From Mobula hypostoma (taxonomy: Eukaryota): 64,000 bases of DNA. Positions 13,362 to 25,626 of the stretch are shown one piece after another; position 1 is the stretch's first letter; each line of letters opens with the position of its first letter. The DNA lies in the NCBI RefSeq assembly GCF_963921235.1, contig NC_086097.1, positions 88,786,001 to 88,850,000 on the forward strand, written 5' to 3'. Made by a program: the position numbers and the translations under genes. The notes beneath the pieces were generated by a model. It was not told where the DNA came from and ran no database searches. It saw only the letters and a program-made list of their open reading frames with translations.

Positions 13362-14011
13362 TTAGATTAGATTATAAGGACACGCAGTCCTCTTTTATTG
13401 TCATTTAATAATGCATGCACTAAGAAATGATACAATGTTTTTCCAGAACGATATCACAGAAACACATGACAAACCAAGACTGAAAAACTGACAAAAACCA
13501 CATAATTATAACATATAGTTACAACAGTGCAAAGCAATACCGTATTTTGATAAGAACAGACCATGGGCATGGTAAAGTCTCAAAGTCTCTTGAAAGTCCC
13601 ATCATCTGACGCAGACAGTAAACCTCCAGCGCCGTAAACTTGCTGATCCAGCATCCTGGAAGCATCCGACCACAGTCCGACTCCGAGTCCGTCCGAAAAC
13701 TCCGAGCCTCCGACCAGCTGTCTGACACCGATGCACCGAGCACCATCTCTGCCGAGCGCTTCAACCCTGGCCCCAGCAACAGGCAATAGGCAAGGCTGAG
13801 GATTTGGGGCCTTCCCTCCGGAGATTCTCAATCACACAATAGCAGTGGCAGCGAAGCAGGCATTTCAGAAGTTACTCCAGATGTTCCTCCGTGCTTCTTC
13901 ACGTCTGTCTCTATCAAATCAGGACTGTGCATGGCATCCTACTTCACAGATATGATATCAATTTGAAGTGGCCGTGCGCACTGCATTGCGCCGCCATCTT
14001 CTCCTTCCTCC
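13362..14011 (-). mobile_element. Non-autonomous retroelement (Rex/L2-like ends), copy 1
   Basis: Minus strand starts ggagaagatggcggcg and ends in an (aatct)n tail; no RT; a related copy lies at 29581-30268; sits in an old CR1 3' fragment. Confidence 0.72.
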
Positions 14012-14457
14012 TTGAAATAATTGGTAAAAGTACCAGGAAGGAAGATTTTTCACACATTGATTAGCTGTAATTTGGAATCTTCTGCTTGAAGTAATGGTCA
14101 AAACAAAATAGTTCAAAGAATTTGTTCAAATACAAATCAATCAAATATAAGAACAATCTGGGGCTTCAGGGAAAGATCTAAGGAATGAGACTGACTGGAC
14201 TGTTCTTGCAGTAAACTAAAGTTGGCTTGATGGCTGATGGCTTCTTTCCAAAAAGCAGTGAATCATGTTTGTACAACACCAAAAGAGCTTTGGAATTAAT
14301 ACAGCAATTTCTGAAGCACAGTCACTATGGTGATGTGAGGAAATGGAACAGTAACTTGCACACAGCACCCTCCCCCAAATAGAAGTACGATGATGACCCG
14401 GTAGACCATCAGAGTTGATGTCAGTCAAGCAGCCAGTTATGATTGGGCAATGCAGTC

Positions 14458-14458
<1 letters not shown>

Positions 14459-14493
<35 letters not shown>
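14459..14493. repeat. (AC)17 microsatellite
   Basis: Direct reading. Confidence 0.97.
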
Positions 14494-14497
<4 letters not shown>

Positions 14498-16277
14498 ATA
14501 TAGAGGGGAAAAGAAACGTCATGTCTCAATGTCGAACTAATTTTCATCCCTCTCTGCCACAGCAGGTGTTCAGACCTAATCTTCTCACTTTTGCTGTGTT
14601 CTCTCTTAGACTTCTGTGGATCACCAGGCAATAAATTTCTATTGTGGTAGGACTCTATGAACATTATGAACATATGATGAACTATGAACATATCCTAAGT
14701 AGAAAGATTGAGTGAACATAAAAGACTAGATTCTGATGACTGAACCAACGTTTTAGAGTCATAGACTCATATTGGACATAAACAGTCACGTTAACCCACT
14801 AAGCCCATGACAACCATCAATATATAATCCGGTTTTCCAGTACATGGGCTATACCCGACCATGTCTTGGCAACCAGCCATCAATGGGAACAGCTTCTCCT
14901 TGTCTTGACACTTCACAATTTTGAGGAGCTGAACTTTGAGTCTCTCAACTTTTTTCTACAGAGGATAATCTCAACTTCCCTGGTTTATCCACGTTTGTCA
15001 AGATACATCTAAGAAATGTTGTGAGAGTACCTGTCTACACCACCATTTAAAGCAGTGCTTTCCAGATTCTAATTCTGATATTTGGATACCACCCTTCTGG
15101 AATAATTTTAAAAATCCTGTGGGAAGGAATGAGCTGCCCAATCCATAATCTGATACTAGGGAATCAAGTTAATTTTAACTGGTGAGCATTTTTGTTTTTG
15201 TTTTAACATATGCCAGGGGAGATCTATAAGGAATATATCCCGATCGCTACTTAAATTTATTATTTTAAAGACTGTTGCTAGGTTAAGTATAAAGAAATTA
15301 CATCTACTATACATACAAATTTTCATATTTACTGACAACGATGTCCGGTGATGCCCCAAAGTACAGAGGGGGAAACAATGACGAGGATTGAACAGTTCAC
15401 TGAATTTTAATAAGAACATATCAGAACAAAAAGAAAAGCAGAGCCATTAACTAAAACTCTCAAATTAAAGCTAAAGCTAATACCGTGGTGCGGAAGCAGT
15501 AACTTAATACTACATTTATTCCGCTCCTTTACAGGGTCAATTGGAGCTGTAGTCTTCTTTCCTCGGGATGAGGATAAAGGTAAGCAGGGAGCATTGCTGT
15601 CGCTGTACTTTGGTCAAGAGTTGACAAGACTGAAGTGGAAGGAAGGGAGTTAAACACAACCACAATGAAACACTAACTGGCTGGAACATGCATACTCAGG
15701 AGCATGATGGCCGACCCCGTTCAGCTGCCTGCCTGCGTGGGTGCTCAGACTCGGCAGCAGAGTCTGTGGTTGTTACAGGGTCCCCCTCCCTAGGCGCAGT
15801 TCCAGAGACCTGTGGTGGAAGTCCTGGAGGAGAGACCTGCCCAGATTGGTGGGAACCCACGAACGTTCCTCAGGGTCACACCCCTCCCAATACACAAGAT
15901 ACTGGACTCTACCCTGCACCCGACATGATGCCAGGAGGCGCCACACAGAATAGACAAGAGGTCCATCCACTAAGCGGAGTTGGGGGGGGGGTGCTGACTG
16001 GACTAAAAGAGGAGACAGTTGCCGGCTTGAGCTGGGAAACATCGATGATGGTAAGCGCCATGTATAGAAGGCTCAGTTGATAACCCTCTCCATTACAAAT
16101 GGACCCACATAGGGTGGGGCCAACTTGCAGCTCTGAACTTTCAAAGGACGAACTCTAGGTGCCAGCCAGACTCTCTCCCCAGGCTTGAGAGTCCTCATGT
16201 GTCAGCAGAGCTAATCAGCCTGCCGGGCATATTGTTGCTGACTGTGCAGCAGAGGTGCTTTGGCCCGTCTCCACGTG

Positions 16278-16375
16278 TGCTTGTAGTGTTAGACCAACAG
16301 TTCAGCAGCAGGGTCTCCCACGTCAATGCTTGTAGTATTAGACCAACAGTTCAGCAGCAGGGTCTCCCACGTCAA
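16278..16375. repeat. 49-bp tandem duplication (2 copies, 1 mismatch)
   Basis: tgcttgtagt(g/a)ttagaccaacagttcagcagcagggtctcccacgtcaa x2. Confidence 0.92.
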
Positions 16376-17023
16376 TCTCTTGGTCAGGGAAGCATGCTGG
16401 CTGGAATCCCTTTGGGCATTCAAAGGGGGACATGTCTGTGGAGGATGATTGGAAGTTATTGTGGACAATCTCTGTCCCCAACTAGTTGGGAATTCCAGGT
16501 CATGAGGTTGGAAGAGACAATGCAGCACAGGGTTGTCACCGGCTCCTGATTCACTCTCCCAGCCTGGACATTAGATTGCGGGAGGAAACCAGATGAGAAG
16601 CTGGCTGTGGCTTCCAAAAGAGAACAGAAAGCATTCCAAAAAATGAGATCTGTACTGTGGTCCTTGATCAGACATTACGTGCTGAGGGGAGCCATGGAGC
16701 ATGAACACGTGCTGAACGCTGAGGGTGGCAGTTTCATGAGCTGACAGGCACTTGGGGAGAGCATTTACGTAGGCAGCTTTGGAGAACTGGTCTACAACTG
16801 TCTGTCACCCAATGCAGATATGGCCCAAGTGCGGAGTGAGAGACACTGAAGCAGGTCGACAGTTCACACACTTTAATGCGAACAGTGTTAAAGGGAAAAG
16901 AAAACAATAAATGCTAGGCCAAACAGGGCCGTTGACTAAAACTCTCAAATGGAAACCGAAGCCGACACTGCAGCTGAAAAAAACGACTAAAAATAAAACG
17001 AGTATCGCTAGTCCTCAGAGTCA

Positions 17024-17246
17024 CACACATAAAAGTTGCTGGTGAACGCAGCAGGCAGCATCTCTAGGAAGAGGTACAGTCAACGTTTCAGGCCGAGACC
17101 CTTCGTCCTGACGTCAGGACGAAGGGTCTCGGCCCGAAACGTTGACTGTACCTCTTCCTAGAGATGCTGCCTGGCCTGCTGCATTCACCAGCAACTTTTA
17201 TGTGTGTTGCTTGAAATTCCAGCAACTGCAGGTTTCCTTGTGTTTG
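17024..17246 (+). mobile_element. Penelope-derived fold-back mini-element, copy 1
   Basis: Palindrome centred on ctgacgtcag; 14-bp TSD AGTCCTCAGAGTCA at 17010-17023 and 17247-17260; absent from the sister LTR (empty site at ~19520-19533). Confidence 0.88.
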
Positions 17247-18527
17247 AGTCCTCAGAGTCAGTTGACTCGACAGTCCAATTTCTCAGGCAAGGCCGAATGC
17301 AAGCAGGCAGCGGAGCGTTGCTGTGTCCAAGTCTCGACAAATACTATGACAGAATGAATGGAGTTAAATGCTATCACAGTGAAATAATAATTAGCTGACA
17401 TGGGCATATTCACAAGCACAATTGCTGTATCTGCTGCGCTGCTGAATCCGTAGATGTAACAGGGCCCCCCTCTCTAGGCACAGCCCCTGAGGCGCCACAG
17501 ACCTGTGTCCACTAGAAGTCCCAAATGAGGAACTTGTCCAAGATGTCCTTCAGTGATGCTGATAGATAAGAACCATGGCGTGCATTGCCAATATCGGAAT
17601 CAAAGACTTCTATGTAGAGACAGAAACAAGAGCTTATACAGAGGTAGCTCGACCAAGTGACACCATGAGATGAATCATTATCAAAATGAGGACCCTCCGA
17701 TTGGAGCTCATTAGGTGTCTGCTTCGAGAATAAAACTAACACAGAATCTCTGAGCCTATTGAAATAAACTTAACAAACTTAAACAGAAAGCACCAGGAAA
17801 CCCGCTTTACAAAGAGTGAGTCACCCGAGAAAAACACAAGGAAATCTTAAACCATTCATAACTGTTGTTAAGCAACAATTAACCAATTCAGGTGCTCTAA
17901 AACCTCAGAGCCTAATGCTCTGATGCCCTGAACAGGACTGAAGAAGACACTACAGGACCCCCCTCCCACTAGCCGGCACCTGATGGCCCAGGAAGATCTG
18001 AAAACTCGAGATCTAGGGATGACTCAAGAGACCTAGGGAACTTAAGAGGGAGGCATGGGGAACTCGAGAGGCAGGGAGACTTGGGGATCCAGAGAGACTG
18101 AGTCCTGGGAACCCCAACAGACTGACAAACCGGGGAACCTCGAGTGAGATCAAGAAACCTCAGGCGGAGCTGAGAGGGAGGCTTGGGAGTCCCCAAGATG
18201 GGGAGGATATTGAAAAACCCTAAACACATTGAAGAAGCCTTGGAAACAATCGGAAAAATAAAAACCTTGGGAACATAGAGAAATGTCCTTGGGAAACCTT
18301 GAAAACATGAAACTTGAAACCTAGGGAAGGAACCTTTTCAAATCTTGTTCACAGTGTTTTATCTTTCACAATTTTTCCAGAGAAAATTAGGATATACTCT
18401 CAATTTTACAGATCAAGACAACATAGCCAGGTTTCTTTCATCGCTAAGATAGCTGTTTCTCTGTAGATTTACATCAAAGTTGCTGGTGAACGCAGCAGGC
18501 CAAGCAGCATCTATGGGAAGAGGTACA

Positions 18528-18561
18528 GTCGACGTTTCAGGCCGAGACCCTTCGTCAGGAC
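18528..18561 (-). ncRNA. Minimal type-I hammerhead ribozyme motif (mirror copy)
   Basis: Exact reverse complement of 18562-18595. Confidence 0.7.
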
Positions 18562-18595
18562 GTCCTGACGAAGGGTCTCGGCCTGAAACGTCGAC
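18562..18595 (+). ncRNA. Minimal type-I hammerhead ribozyme motif
   Basis: GUC-CUGACGA-AGG(GUCUCGG)CCU-GAAA-CG-UC^GAC: stem I GUC/GAC, intact core, palindromic ACGU stem III. Activity untested. Confidence 0.7.
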
Positions 18596-21512
18596 TGTAC
18601 CTCTTCCTATAGATGCTGCTTGGCCTGCTGCGTTCACCAGCAACTTTGATGTATGTTGCTTGAATTTCCAGCATCTGCAGAATTCCTGTTGTTCTCTGTA
18701 GATTTGTCTAATTTGCTACATGACAGTTCAATTTTCCCTGTCTGCACCATGACTTTCATCAAGCGGTTAAAAATACCCTTGATAGGGTTACTTTATTTGT
18801 GTATTTGCACACTCCAGCCAGGGATCAGCCTTTGGAGTAGGGCTCTTCCAGAATTTACACTATTGACTTGAATGATGATTTGTTGAATCAATCGATAAGC
18901 TTGCTTGAAGCACTCATTTGTTATGCAGACCTGAGTCACAGCACCACAAAGCTGGGAACCTGGGTTCTTGTGATTTGAAAAGCTTGGAATGGATGCCGGA
19001 TAACTCAATGTAGACTAGAGAAGCTCGGAATGTAGACTCGGGACTCTCGGAATGTAGAGTCAGGACATGCATTCAAAATAAAGGCACCCTCTCTTCAAGC
19101 CACCAATGTCAAAACGTCACTGTTCAAACTTTGCTGGGCCCATCACTTGGCAAAATCCTTCTGTCACAATGGAGACAGAAACAACAGTTTATACATAGGA
19201 ATTCCATCGAAACATTGTTGCATTGACATATTACTCTGACCAATGGATCTCATGGCCAAGGTCAGCTGCTCTCTCTCTGCTGGGTCCATCTTTGTGTAGT
19301 CGAGACTGTCTGTCACCTGATGCGGAAATGACTCAAGTGTGGAGTGAGAGACACTGAAAACAGGTCGACAGTTCACAGACTTTAATGCGAACAGTGTTAA
19401 AGGGAAAAAGAAAACAATAAATGCTGGGCCAAACAGGGCCGTTGACTAAAACATTCAAACGGAAACCGGAGCCTACACTGCAGCTGAAAAGAACAACTCA
19501 GAATAAAACGAATACCGCTAGTCTTCAGAGTCAGTTGACTCGACAGACCAATTTCTCACACAAGGCAGAATGCAAACAGGTAGCGAAGCATTGGCTGTGT
19601 CCAAGTCTCGACAAATACTACAACAGAATTAATGGAATTAAGTGCTATCACAATGAAATAATAATTAGCTGACACGTGCATATTCATGAGTGTAATTTCA
19701 GTATCTGCTGCGCTACCGAATCCATGGTTATGACACTGCCAGAATGATAGTGTTTCAATTTGACAGAGCTAGGCCTGTGTGAAATCCACCGAGACGTGGG
19801 ACCAGCGGTGATGAGGCACGGGCAGCAGATAGAGTAGACCAGAAGGACACTGACAGGAGGGTCATCTTGTTCTGAGCATAAGTGGGACTGGCAGAGATGA
19901 AGTTGGGGACATCCTGAGACTTAGACAGACACCAAAGTAGTCTCTTTATAAATTCAAGGTCCATTGAATCCTCAATGGCCAACCAGACAGGAAGCATGAC
20001 CCCACTCCAACACTCTGGAGTGCAGAGCGGTAGTGACCAACAGCCAGTTTGGAGGCTCCCCACCTGGGCCTGGATCTGAATGTTGGGTGGCCCTCAACCC
20101 CCCAGATTACTGGGGCAGCTAATCAAGAGCAAGAAAAGATGTGCTCTGGATTGGCACTGTTCTCAGAGGTGTCAAACTGGTGGGAGAGGGCATCAGCCTT
20201 GGTATTCTTGTTGCCTGGACAGCAGGTAGGGAGAAATTAAAACGAATGAAGTAGAGAGTCCAATGGGTTTGATGGGAGTTGAATCCCCTGGCGTAACAGA
20301 TGTATAGAAAAGGTCCTGTGATCTGTCCATACCAGTAAGGGGTGCTCGGCCCCCTCCAACCAGTGTCGCCATGCCTCCAGAGTTTCCTTGACTGCCAGAA
20401 GTTTTCAGTTCCCAACATCATGGTTACACTCTGCAGGAGTCAAGCGGTGGGAAAGAAAGGTGCAGTGGGGCAGCCAATTCTCTACAGAAGAGCGTTGGGA
20501 GAGTACAGCTCCAATGCCGACATCTGATGCATCAGCTCTGAAGATGAATGGATGGGATGGATCTGGACGTGCATCACTGGCAATAGTGTAGCTTTGCTTT
20601 AGTTCTGAGACTGCTTGGTCTCCCTCACTTGTCTGTAGGAATCCTGCAGAGGTCTTCTTGGTGAGTGCAATTTTGGGGGTCACAATGGAACTGAAGTTAT
20701 GATAAAAGTTTGTAAACTCCATGAAGTGCTGCACCTATTTGATCGTGGATGGTTTGGCCACGCTGTGACTGCCTGAACTTTACATGGGCCCATTTGAACA
20801 CTGAAGGAGGTAAAGATACAGCCCAGGAACAATACCTGCTCTTTGTGGAACTTACACTTTCTGGCTTGGCATAAAGTTTGTTCTCGAGGAGCTGTTTGAG
20901 ACCTCTCGGGAAGTGTTCCTGACGAGAGTGGGAATAGATAAGAATGTCGTCCAAGTACATAAAAACTAATTGATTCTACATGTTCCAGAGCCTATCATTG
21001 ACCAGAGCCTGAAAACAGCTACAGCACTGGCCAGACCAATTGAAATGAGGTACTCACAGTGGCCATTGGCAATGTTGAATGTTGTTTTCCACTCATCCCC
21101 CTTTGCAGAGGCAAACTCCTGTGTCTAGCCTACGCTGGAAACTAGTGATAAAGGCTCTCTTGTTCCTCCCAGTCTCAACCACAAGTGTGCAGAACTTTAC
21201 TGCATAGCACTCCACTGTTCCTTCCCCTTGGCGCGGTCCAGGAGTCAGCCTCATGGCCCCATACTGGAAGATCAAACACTCTCTTGAACTCAAGTACAAA
21301 TTGGTGGAAAGACTGGGCTGCAGAGAACCTTGTTCTCATAGAGCATTGAACAGGCTAAGTGGGGGTCTGTCTGAGAGATTTACCATGTAAGCCAATTTAT
21401 GCCTGTTAAGCCCTGGTTAAGATTTTTACAGTTATGCTGTAGGTATTTCATTTTAGCAGTTCTGTAAGAGCAGTCTGTTCTGCTTTCATCCTGTTTGGGT
21501 TTGAGCTGAGAT

Positions 21513-21762
21513 AACCATATAACATACAACTATTTAAAAATTACAGCACAGAAACAGGCCATCTCGGCCCTTCTAGTCCGTGCCGAACGCTTACTCTCAC
21601 CTAGTCCCATCTACTTGCACTCAGTCCATAACCCTCCTTTCCTTTCCTGTCCATATACCTATCCAATTTTTTTTTAAATGACAAAATTGAACCTGCCTCT
21701 ACCACTTCTACTGGAAGATGGTTCCACACAGCCATCACTCTCTGAGAAAAGAAGTTCCCCCT
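21513..21762 (-). mobile_element. CR1 3' end nested in the Gypsy gag region
   Basis: RGNFFSQRVMAVWNHLPVEVVEAGS...LDRYMD; tail related to the CR1 at 48727. Confidence 0.8.
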
Positions 21763-21885
21763 CGTAAGAAGAGGCTCGGTAAGAAGGGCTTTGCTGCTCA
21801 ACTTAGGAATGTGGTGTCCGCCAATCAGGATGGTGGAATTGGGAGAAGGTTCTGGAGAACACTGGTGTGGGAAGGTTTTCTTTTT

Positions 21886-22541
21886 CAAGTTAAGTCAAGT
21901 CACTTTTTATTGTCATTTGGACCATAACTGCTGGTACAGTACACAGTAAAAACGAGATATGACCATGGTGCTACATGAACAATACAAAAACTACACTGAA
22001 CTACGTAAAACAACACTAGACTACAGACCTACCTAGGACTGCATAAAGTGCACAACACAGTGCGGGCACTACAATAAATAATAAACAAGACAATAGGCAC
22101 AGTAGAGGGCAGTAGGTTGGTGTCAGTCCAGGCTCTGGGTATTGAGGAGTCTGATGGCTCGGGGGAAGAAACTGTTACATAGTCTGGTCGTGAGAGCCCG
22201 AATACTTCGGTGCCTTTTGCCAGATGGCAGGAGGGAGAAGAGTTTGTAAGAGGGGTGCGTGGGGTCCTTCATAATGTTGTTTGCTTTACGGATGCAGCGT
22301 GTGGTGTAAATGTCTCTAATGGTGGGAAGAGTCAGCTGACCTCACTATCCGCTGCAGGGTCTTGCGATCCGAGATGGTGCAATTCCCGAACCAGGCAGTG
22401 ACGCAGCTGCTCAGGATGCTCTCAATACAACCTCTGTAGAATGTGGTGAGGATGGGGGGTGGGAGATGGACTTTTCTCAGTCTTCGCAGAAAGTAGAGAC
22501 ACTGCTGGGCTTTCTTTGCTATGGAGCTGGTGTTGAGGGAC
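21886..22541 (-). mobile_element. Rex1/Babar LINE 3' fragment nested in the Gypsy
   Basis: NTSSIAKKAQQCLYFLRRLRK...FYRGCIESILSSCVTAWFGN; (gactt)n-type tail. Confidence 0.82.
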
Positions 22542-24045
22542 TGAACCAATATGGCTGGATCGGAAATTCAGCTCACACACTGGGTATTAAAATTCCTGCA
22601 GCTGTTGGGGTCACCAGAGTATTTGTCTGGCAGTCCGGATGCTGTCACGGGAGTTGAGGCATTAGGAGCTGAGGCTGCTGAATTGCAGCAGCGAGAGCAG
22701 TAATGGAGTGCTGATCTGCTGAACAGTAGCAGTGGGAGCAGTAATAAATGTAACTTGATTTTGGCTGTCTGTGGTGAGTGCTCAACTGGACACCTGTCCT
22801 TCCTGCTTGGACTGGGTTCACCACTCTGGAAGTAGTTATCACATCGTGGGTCACTTCTGCCAACCCAGTCTCTACTGACTAACTTCTCTTCCAAGAACTT
22901 CAGTTTGAGCTGAGTTTATCAATCTGCGAGTAGCTGTCGCTTTACATGAGCCACCTCTGCCATCACAGCCTCTATTGACTTTAACTATTCTCCTAGCTGA
23001 CCAATAATTATTAGATCCATGTCAGCTGCTCTCTCTCTCTCTCTGTGCTGGCTCTATTTTGGTGGTTCAGGTCTTGCTGACAAGATGGTGTGGTGATGGC
23101 CCAGTGTAGAGGAGAGACACTGAAGCAGATTGAACAGTTCACTAAATTTTAATAAGAACTGTGCAGAACAAAAGGAAAAAATAATAAATGTCAGGCTAAC
23201 AGGGTCATTAACTAAAACTCTCAAACTAAAGCTAGCACCAGCGCTGCAGCTCAGAAGCAGGAACTTAATACAAAATTAATTCCACCCCCTTTACAGCGTC
23301 AATCTAAGCTGTAGTATTCTTCCCCGGAACAAAGACTAAGATAAGCAGGGAGCATAGATTTCACTGTGCTTTGGTCAAGACTCAAAATGACAGTGAAACA
23401 AAGGGAGTGAAATACAGCACAATCATACGAGGAACGTTTGATGGCTCTGATTCTGTATTCACTGGAATTTAGAAGGATAAGGGGGGATCTCATTGAAACC
23501 TTTTGAATGTTGAAAGGCCTAGACAAGAGTACATATGGAATATGAATACTCACAAGCATGATTGCTGACCCCATTCAGCTGCCCACATGTGAGGGCACTC
23601 AGACTCCGTGGCAGAGTCCATGTTGTGACAATTACAACTTGCAAAATGTACTTTCTGGCTGTAACGAAGTAAACTCTGCAGCCAATTTATGGACATTACA
23701 TCCCAGAAACTGAAACTTAGTAAATGAACAACTAATTCTCTTAGTTCTGTCTGCCAATGCACCAGGAACTTTCCTCAACTTTTGCTCAAAAGGCACCATG
23801 AATTATTTACATTTGTGCAAGGAGGAAAATAAAGAAAGCACACCTTCAGCACGACATTGAGCAGGTAAGGAATCTGCATATGTATATGGTACTTATTTTA
23901 ACATTGAAAGTATATTGAGGATCATTTACAAATACAGAGAACTGCAAGAAAATATGCATCCCACCCACCTGCCTTCATCTATCAACTGCACTTTCAGTAC
24001 GCTGGATGAACTCAGCAGGTCGGGCAGCATCAGTCAGAAACGATG

Positions 24046-24081
24046 AGTTGACGTTTCGGGCCGGAACCCTTCGTCAGGACT
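24046..24081 (-). ncRNA. Hammerhead ribozyme motif in the inverted pLTR
   Basis: AGUC-CUGACGA-AGGG(UUCCGG)CCC-GAAA-CG-UC^AACU; core intact, one stem I mismatch. The mirror copy at 25834-25869 has GAAACG changed to AAAAUG (CpG-type decay). Confidence 0.6.
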
Positions 24082-24741
24082 GAAGAATGAAAGATGGGGA
24101 AGGATTTGAAGAATGCTTGTAGCGTCAGTTGATAGACCAGTAATTTGAAAGACAAAGCGGTGGGGGAGGGGAAACATTGACATCATAGCCCTGAAAACAA
24201 TGGGTAGAAGAAGGAGGGGGAACCATGAGGGAGCTGGGGGAGGGGGTAGAGTGAAATAGGGTTAGAGGAAGTGGAGGTAGAGAATTACCGGAAGTTGGAG
24301 AATTCTATGTTCATACCAAGGGGCTGGAGACTACCTAGACAGTATGTGAGGTGTTGCTCCTCCAACCTGAGTTTGGCCTCATCATGGCAGTAGAGGAGGC
24401 CATGTATGGACAATGGCTACCGGGAGATCCTGTCTGTCGTGGCAGAGTGGAGGTGCTTGATGAAGCCGTCCCCCAATCTGCGTCGGGTTTCACCGATGTA
24501 AAGGAGGCCACACCGGGAGCACCGGATGCAATAGATGACCCCAACAGACTCACAAGTGAAGTGTTGTCTCACCTGGAAGGACTGTTTGGGGCCCTGAATG
24601 GTTGCAAGAGATGAGGTGTAGGGACAGGTGTAGCACTTATGCTTACAGGGATAAGTGCAGGGTGGGAAATTAGTGGGGATGGACGTGTGGATAAGGGAGT
24701 CGCGGAGGGACTGATCCCTGCGGAAAGCGGAGAGGAGTGGA

Positions 24742-25626
24742 GACATCTTCTACAAGCCCACTGACTCTCATAACTACCTCGACTATACCTCTTCCCACCC
24801 CGCCTCTTGCAAAAATGCCATTCCCTATTCCCAGTTCCTCCGTCTCCGCCGCACCTGCTCCAAGGATGAGGCTTTCCGTTCCAGGACATCTCAAATGTCC
24901 TCTTTCTTTAAGGATCGTGGTTTCCCTTCTACCGTCATCAATGATGCCCTCACCCGCATCTCCTCCATTTCCCGCACTTTGGCCCTCACCCCATCCTCCC
25001 GCAACCACAACAGGGACAGAGTTCCCCTTGTCCTCACCTACCACCCCACCAGCCTCCGGATCCAGCACATTATCCTCCGCAACTTCCGCCACCTTCAACA
25101 GGACCCCACCACTAAGCACATCTTTCCCTCTCCACCCCTCTCCGCTTCCTGCAGGGATCGGTCCCTCCACGACTCCCTGATCCACACGTCCCTCCCCACA
25201 GATCTCCCACCCGGCACTTATCCCTGTAAGTGTAAGTGCTACACCTGTCCCTACATCTCAACTCTTGCAACCATTCAGGGCCCCAAACAGTCCTTCCAGG
25301 TGAGGCAACACTTCACTTGTGAGTCTGTTGGGGTCATCTATTGCATCCGGTGCTCCCGGTGCGGCCTCCTCTACATCAGTGAAACCCAAAGCAGATTGGG
25401 GGACCGCTTCGTCGAGCACCTCCACTCTGTCCGCCACAACAGACAGGATCTCCCGGTAGTCACCCACTTCAACTCTGCTTCCCATTCCCATTCAGATATG
25501 TCCATACATGGCCTCCTCTACTGCCATGATGAGGCTAAACTCAGGTTGGAGCAGCAACACCTCATATACTGTCTAGGTAGTCTCCAGCCCCTTGGTATGA
25601 ACATAGAATTCTCCAACTTCCGCTAA
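24742..25626 (+). CDS. Penelope ORF C-terminal part (RT thumb, Cys linker, GIY-YIG endonuclease); 5'-truncated
   Basis: The frame is open from DIFYKPTDSHNYLDYTSSHP through YPCKCKCYTCPY and GVIYCIRCSRCGLLYISET...RFVEH to GMNIEFSNFR-stop (294 codons); it has no native start. Confidence 0.85.
   Translation, partial: DIFYKPTDSHNYLDYTSSHPASCKNAIPYSQFLRLRRTCSKDEAFRSRTSQMSSFFKDRGFPSTVINDALTRISSISRTLALTPSSRNHNRDRVPLVLTYHPTSLRIQHIILRNFRHLQQDPTTKHIFPSPPLSASCRDRSLHDSLIHTSLPTDLPPGTYPCKCKCYTCPYISTLATIQGPKQSFQVRQHFTCESVGVIYCIRCSRCGLLYISETQSRLGDRFVEHLHSVRHNRQDLPVVTHFNSASHSHSDMSIHGLLYCHDEAKLRLEQQHLIYCLGSLQPLGMNIEFSNFR

Larger units (their letters stand above)
18471..18691 (+). mobile_element. Penelope-derived fold-back mini-element, copy 2
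   Basis: Inverted arms 18470-18561 and 18562-18653 with 1 mismatch and no spacer, plus a ~40-bp tail; 14-bp TSD TTCTCTGTAGATTT at 18457-18470 and 18692-18705. Confidence 0.9.
16803..19735 (-). mobile_element. Non-autonomous Gypsy element nested in the outer integrase
   Basis: LTR pair at 16803-17461 and 19311-19735 (TG...CA); PPT at ~17462-17478; Gag start MDPAEREQL near 19289; TSD ctgtc / ctgcc; the flanks rejoin to read T-I-I-L-A-V-V-D-Q-F-S-K. Confidence 0.85.
15333..23630 (-). mobile_element. Chromodomain Gypsy (Sushi-like) LTR retrotransposon, decayed; outer element
   Basis: LTRs at 23078-23630 (5') and 15333-15777 (3'); PPT gggagggggaccc abuts the 3' LTR; TSD tttac / attac. Remnants: Gag (PDKYSGDPNSCRNFNTQC; RQGEGTVECYAVKF), RT (GDEWKTTF, YLDDILIYS), RNase H (ADASDVGIGAVLSQ), integrase (NTIILAVVDQFSKAA) and chromodomain ([19 protein letters not shown]). 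Confidence 0.88.

Noticed and set aside
18470..18653. Perfect palindromes as assembly or chimeric-read artefacts
   Set aside because: Each has its own TSD, an asymmetric tail and arm mismatches, and one has an empty site in the sister LTR.
18413..18701. Mirror-image small ORFs MLVNAAGQAAS... on both strands (also at 37112-37558), resembling a sense/antisense gene pair
   Set aside because: They are a direct consequence of the DNA palindrome in a TSD-flanked repeat.
19755..23050. Domesticated PEG10/RTL-like gene
   Set aside because: It is heavily frameshifted, interrupted by other elements and bounded by LTRs with a TSD.
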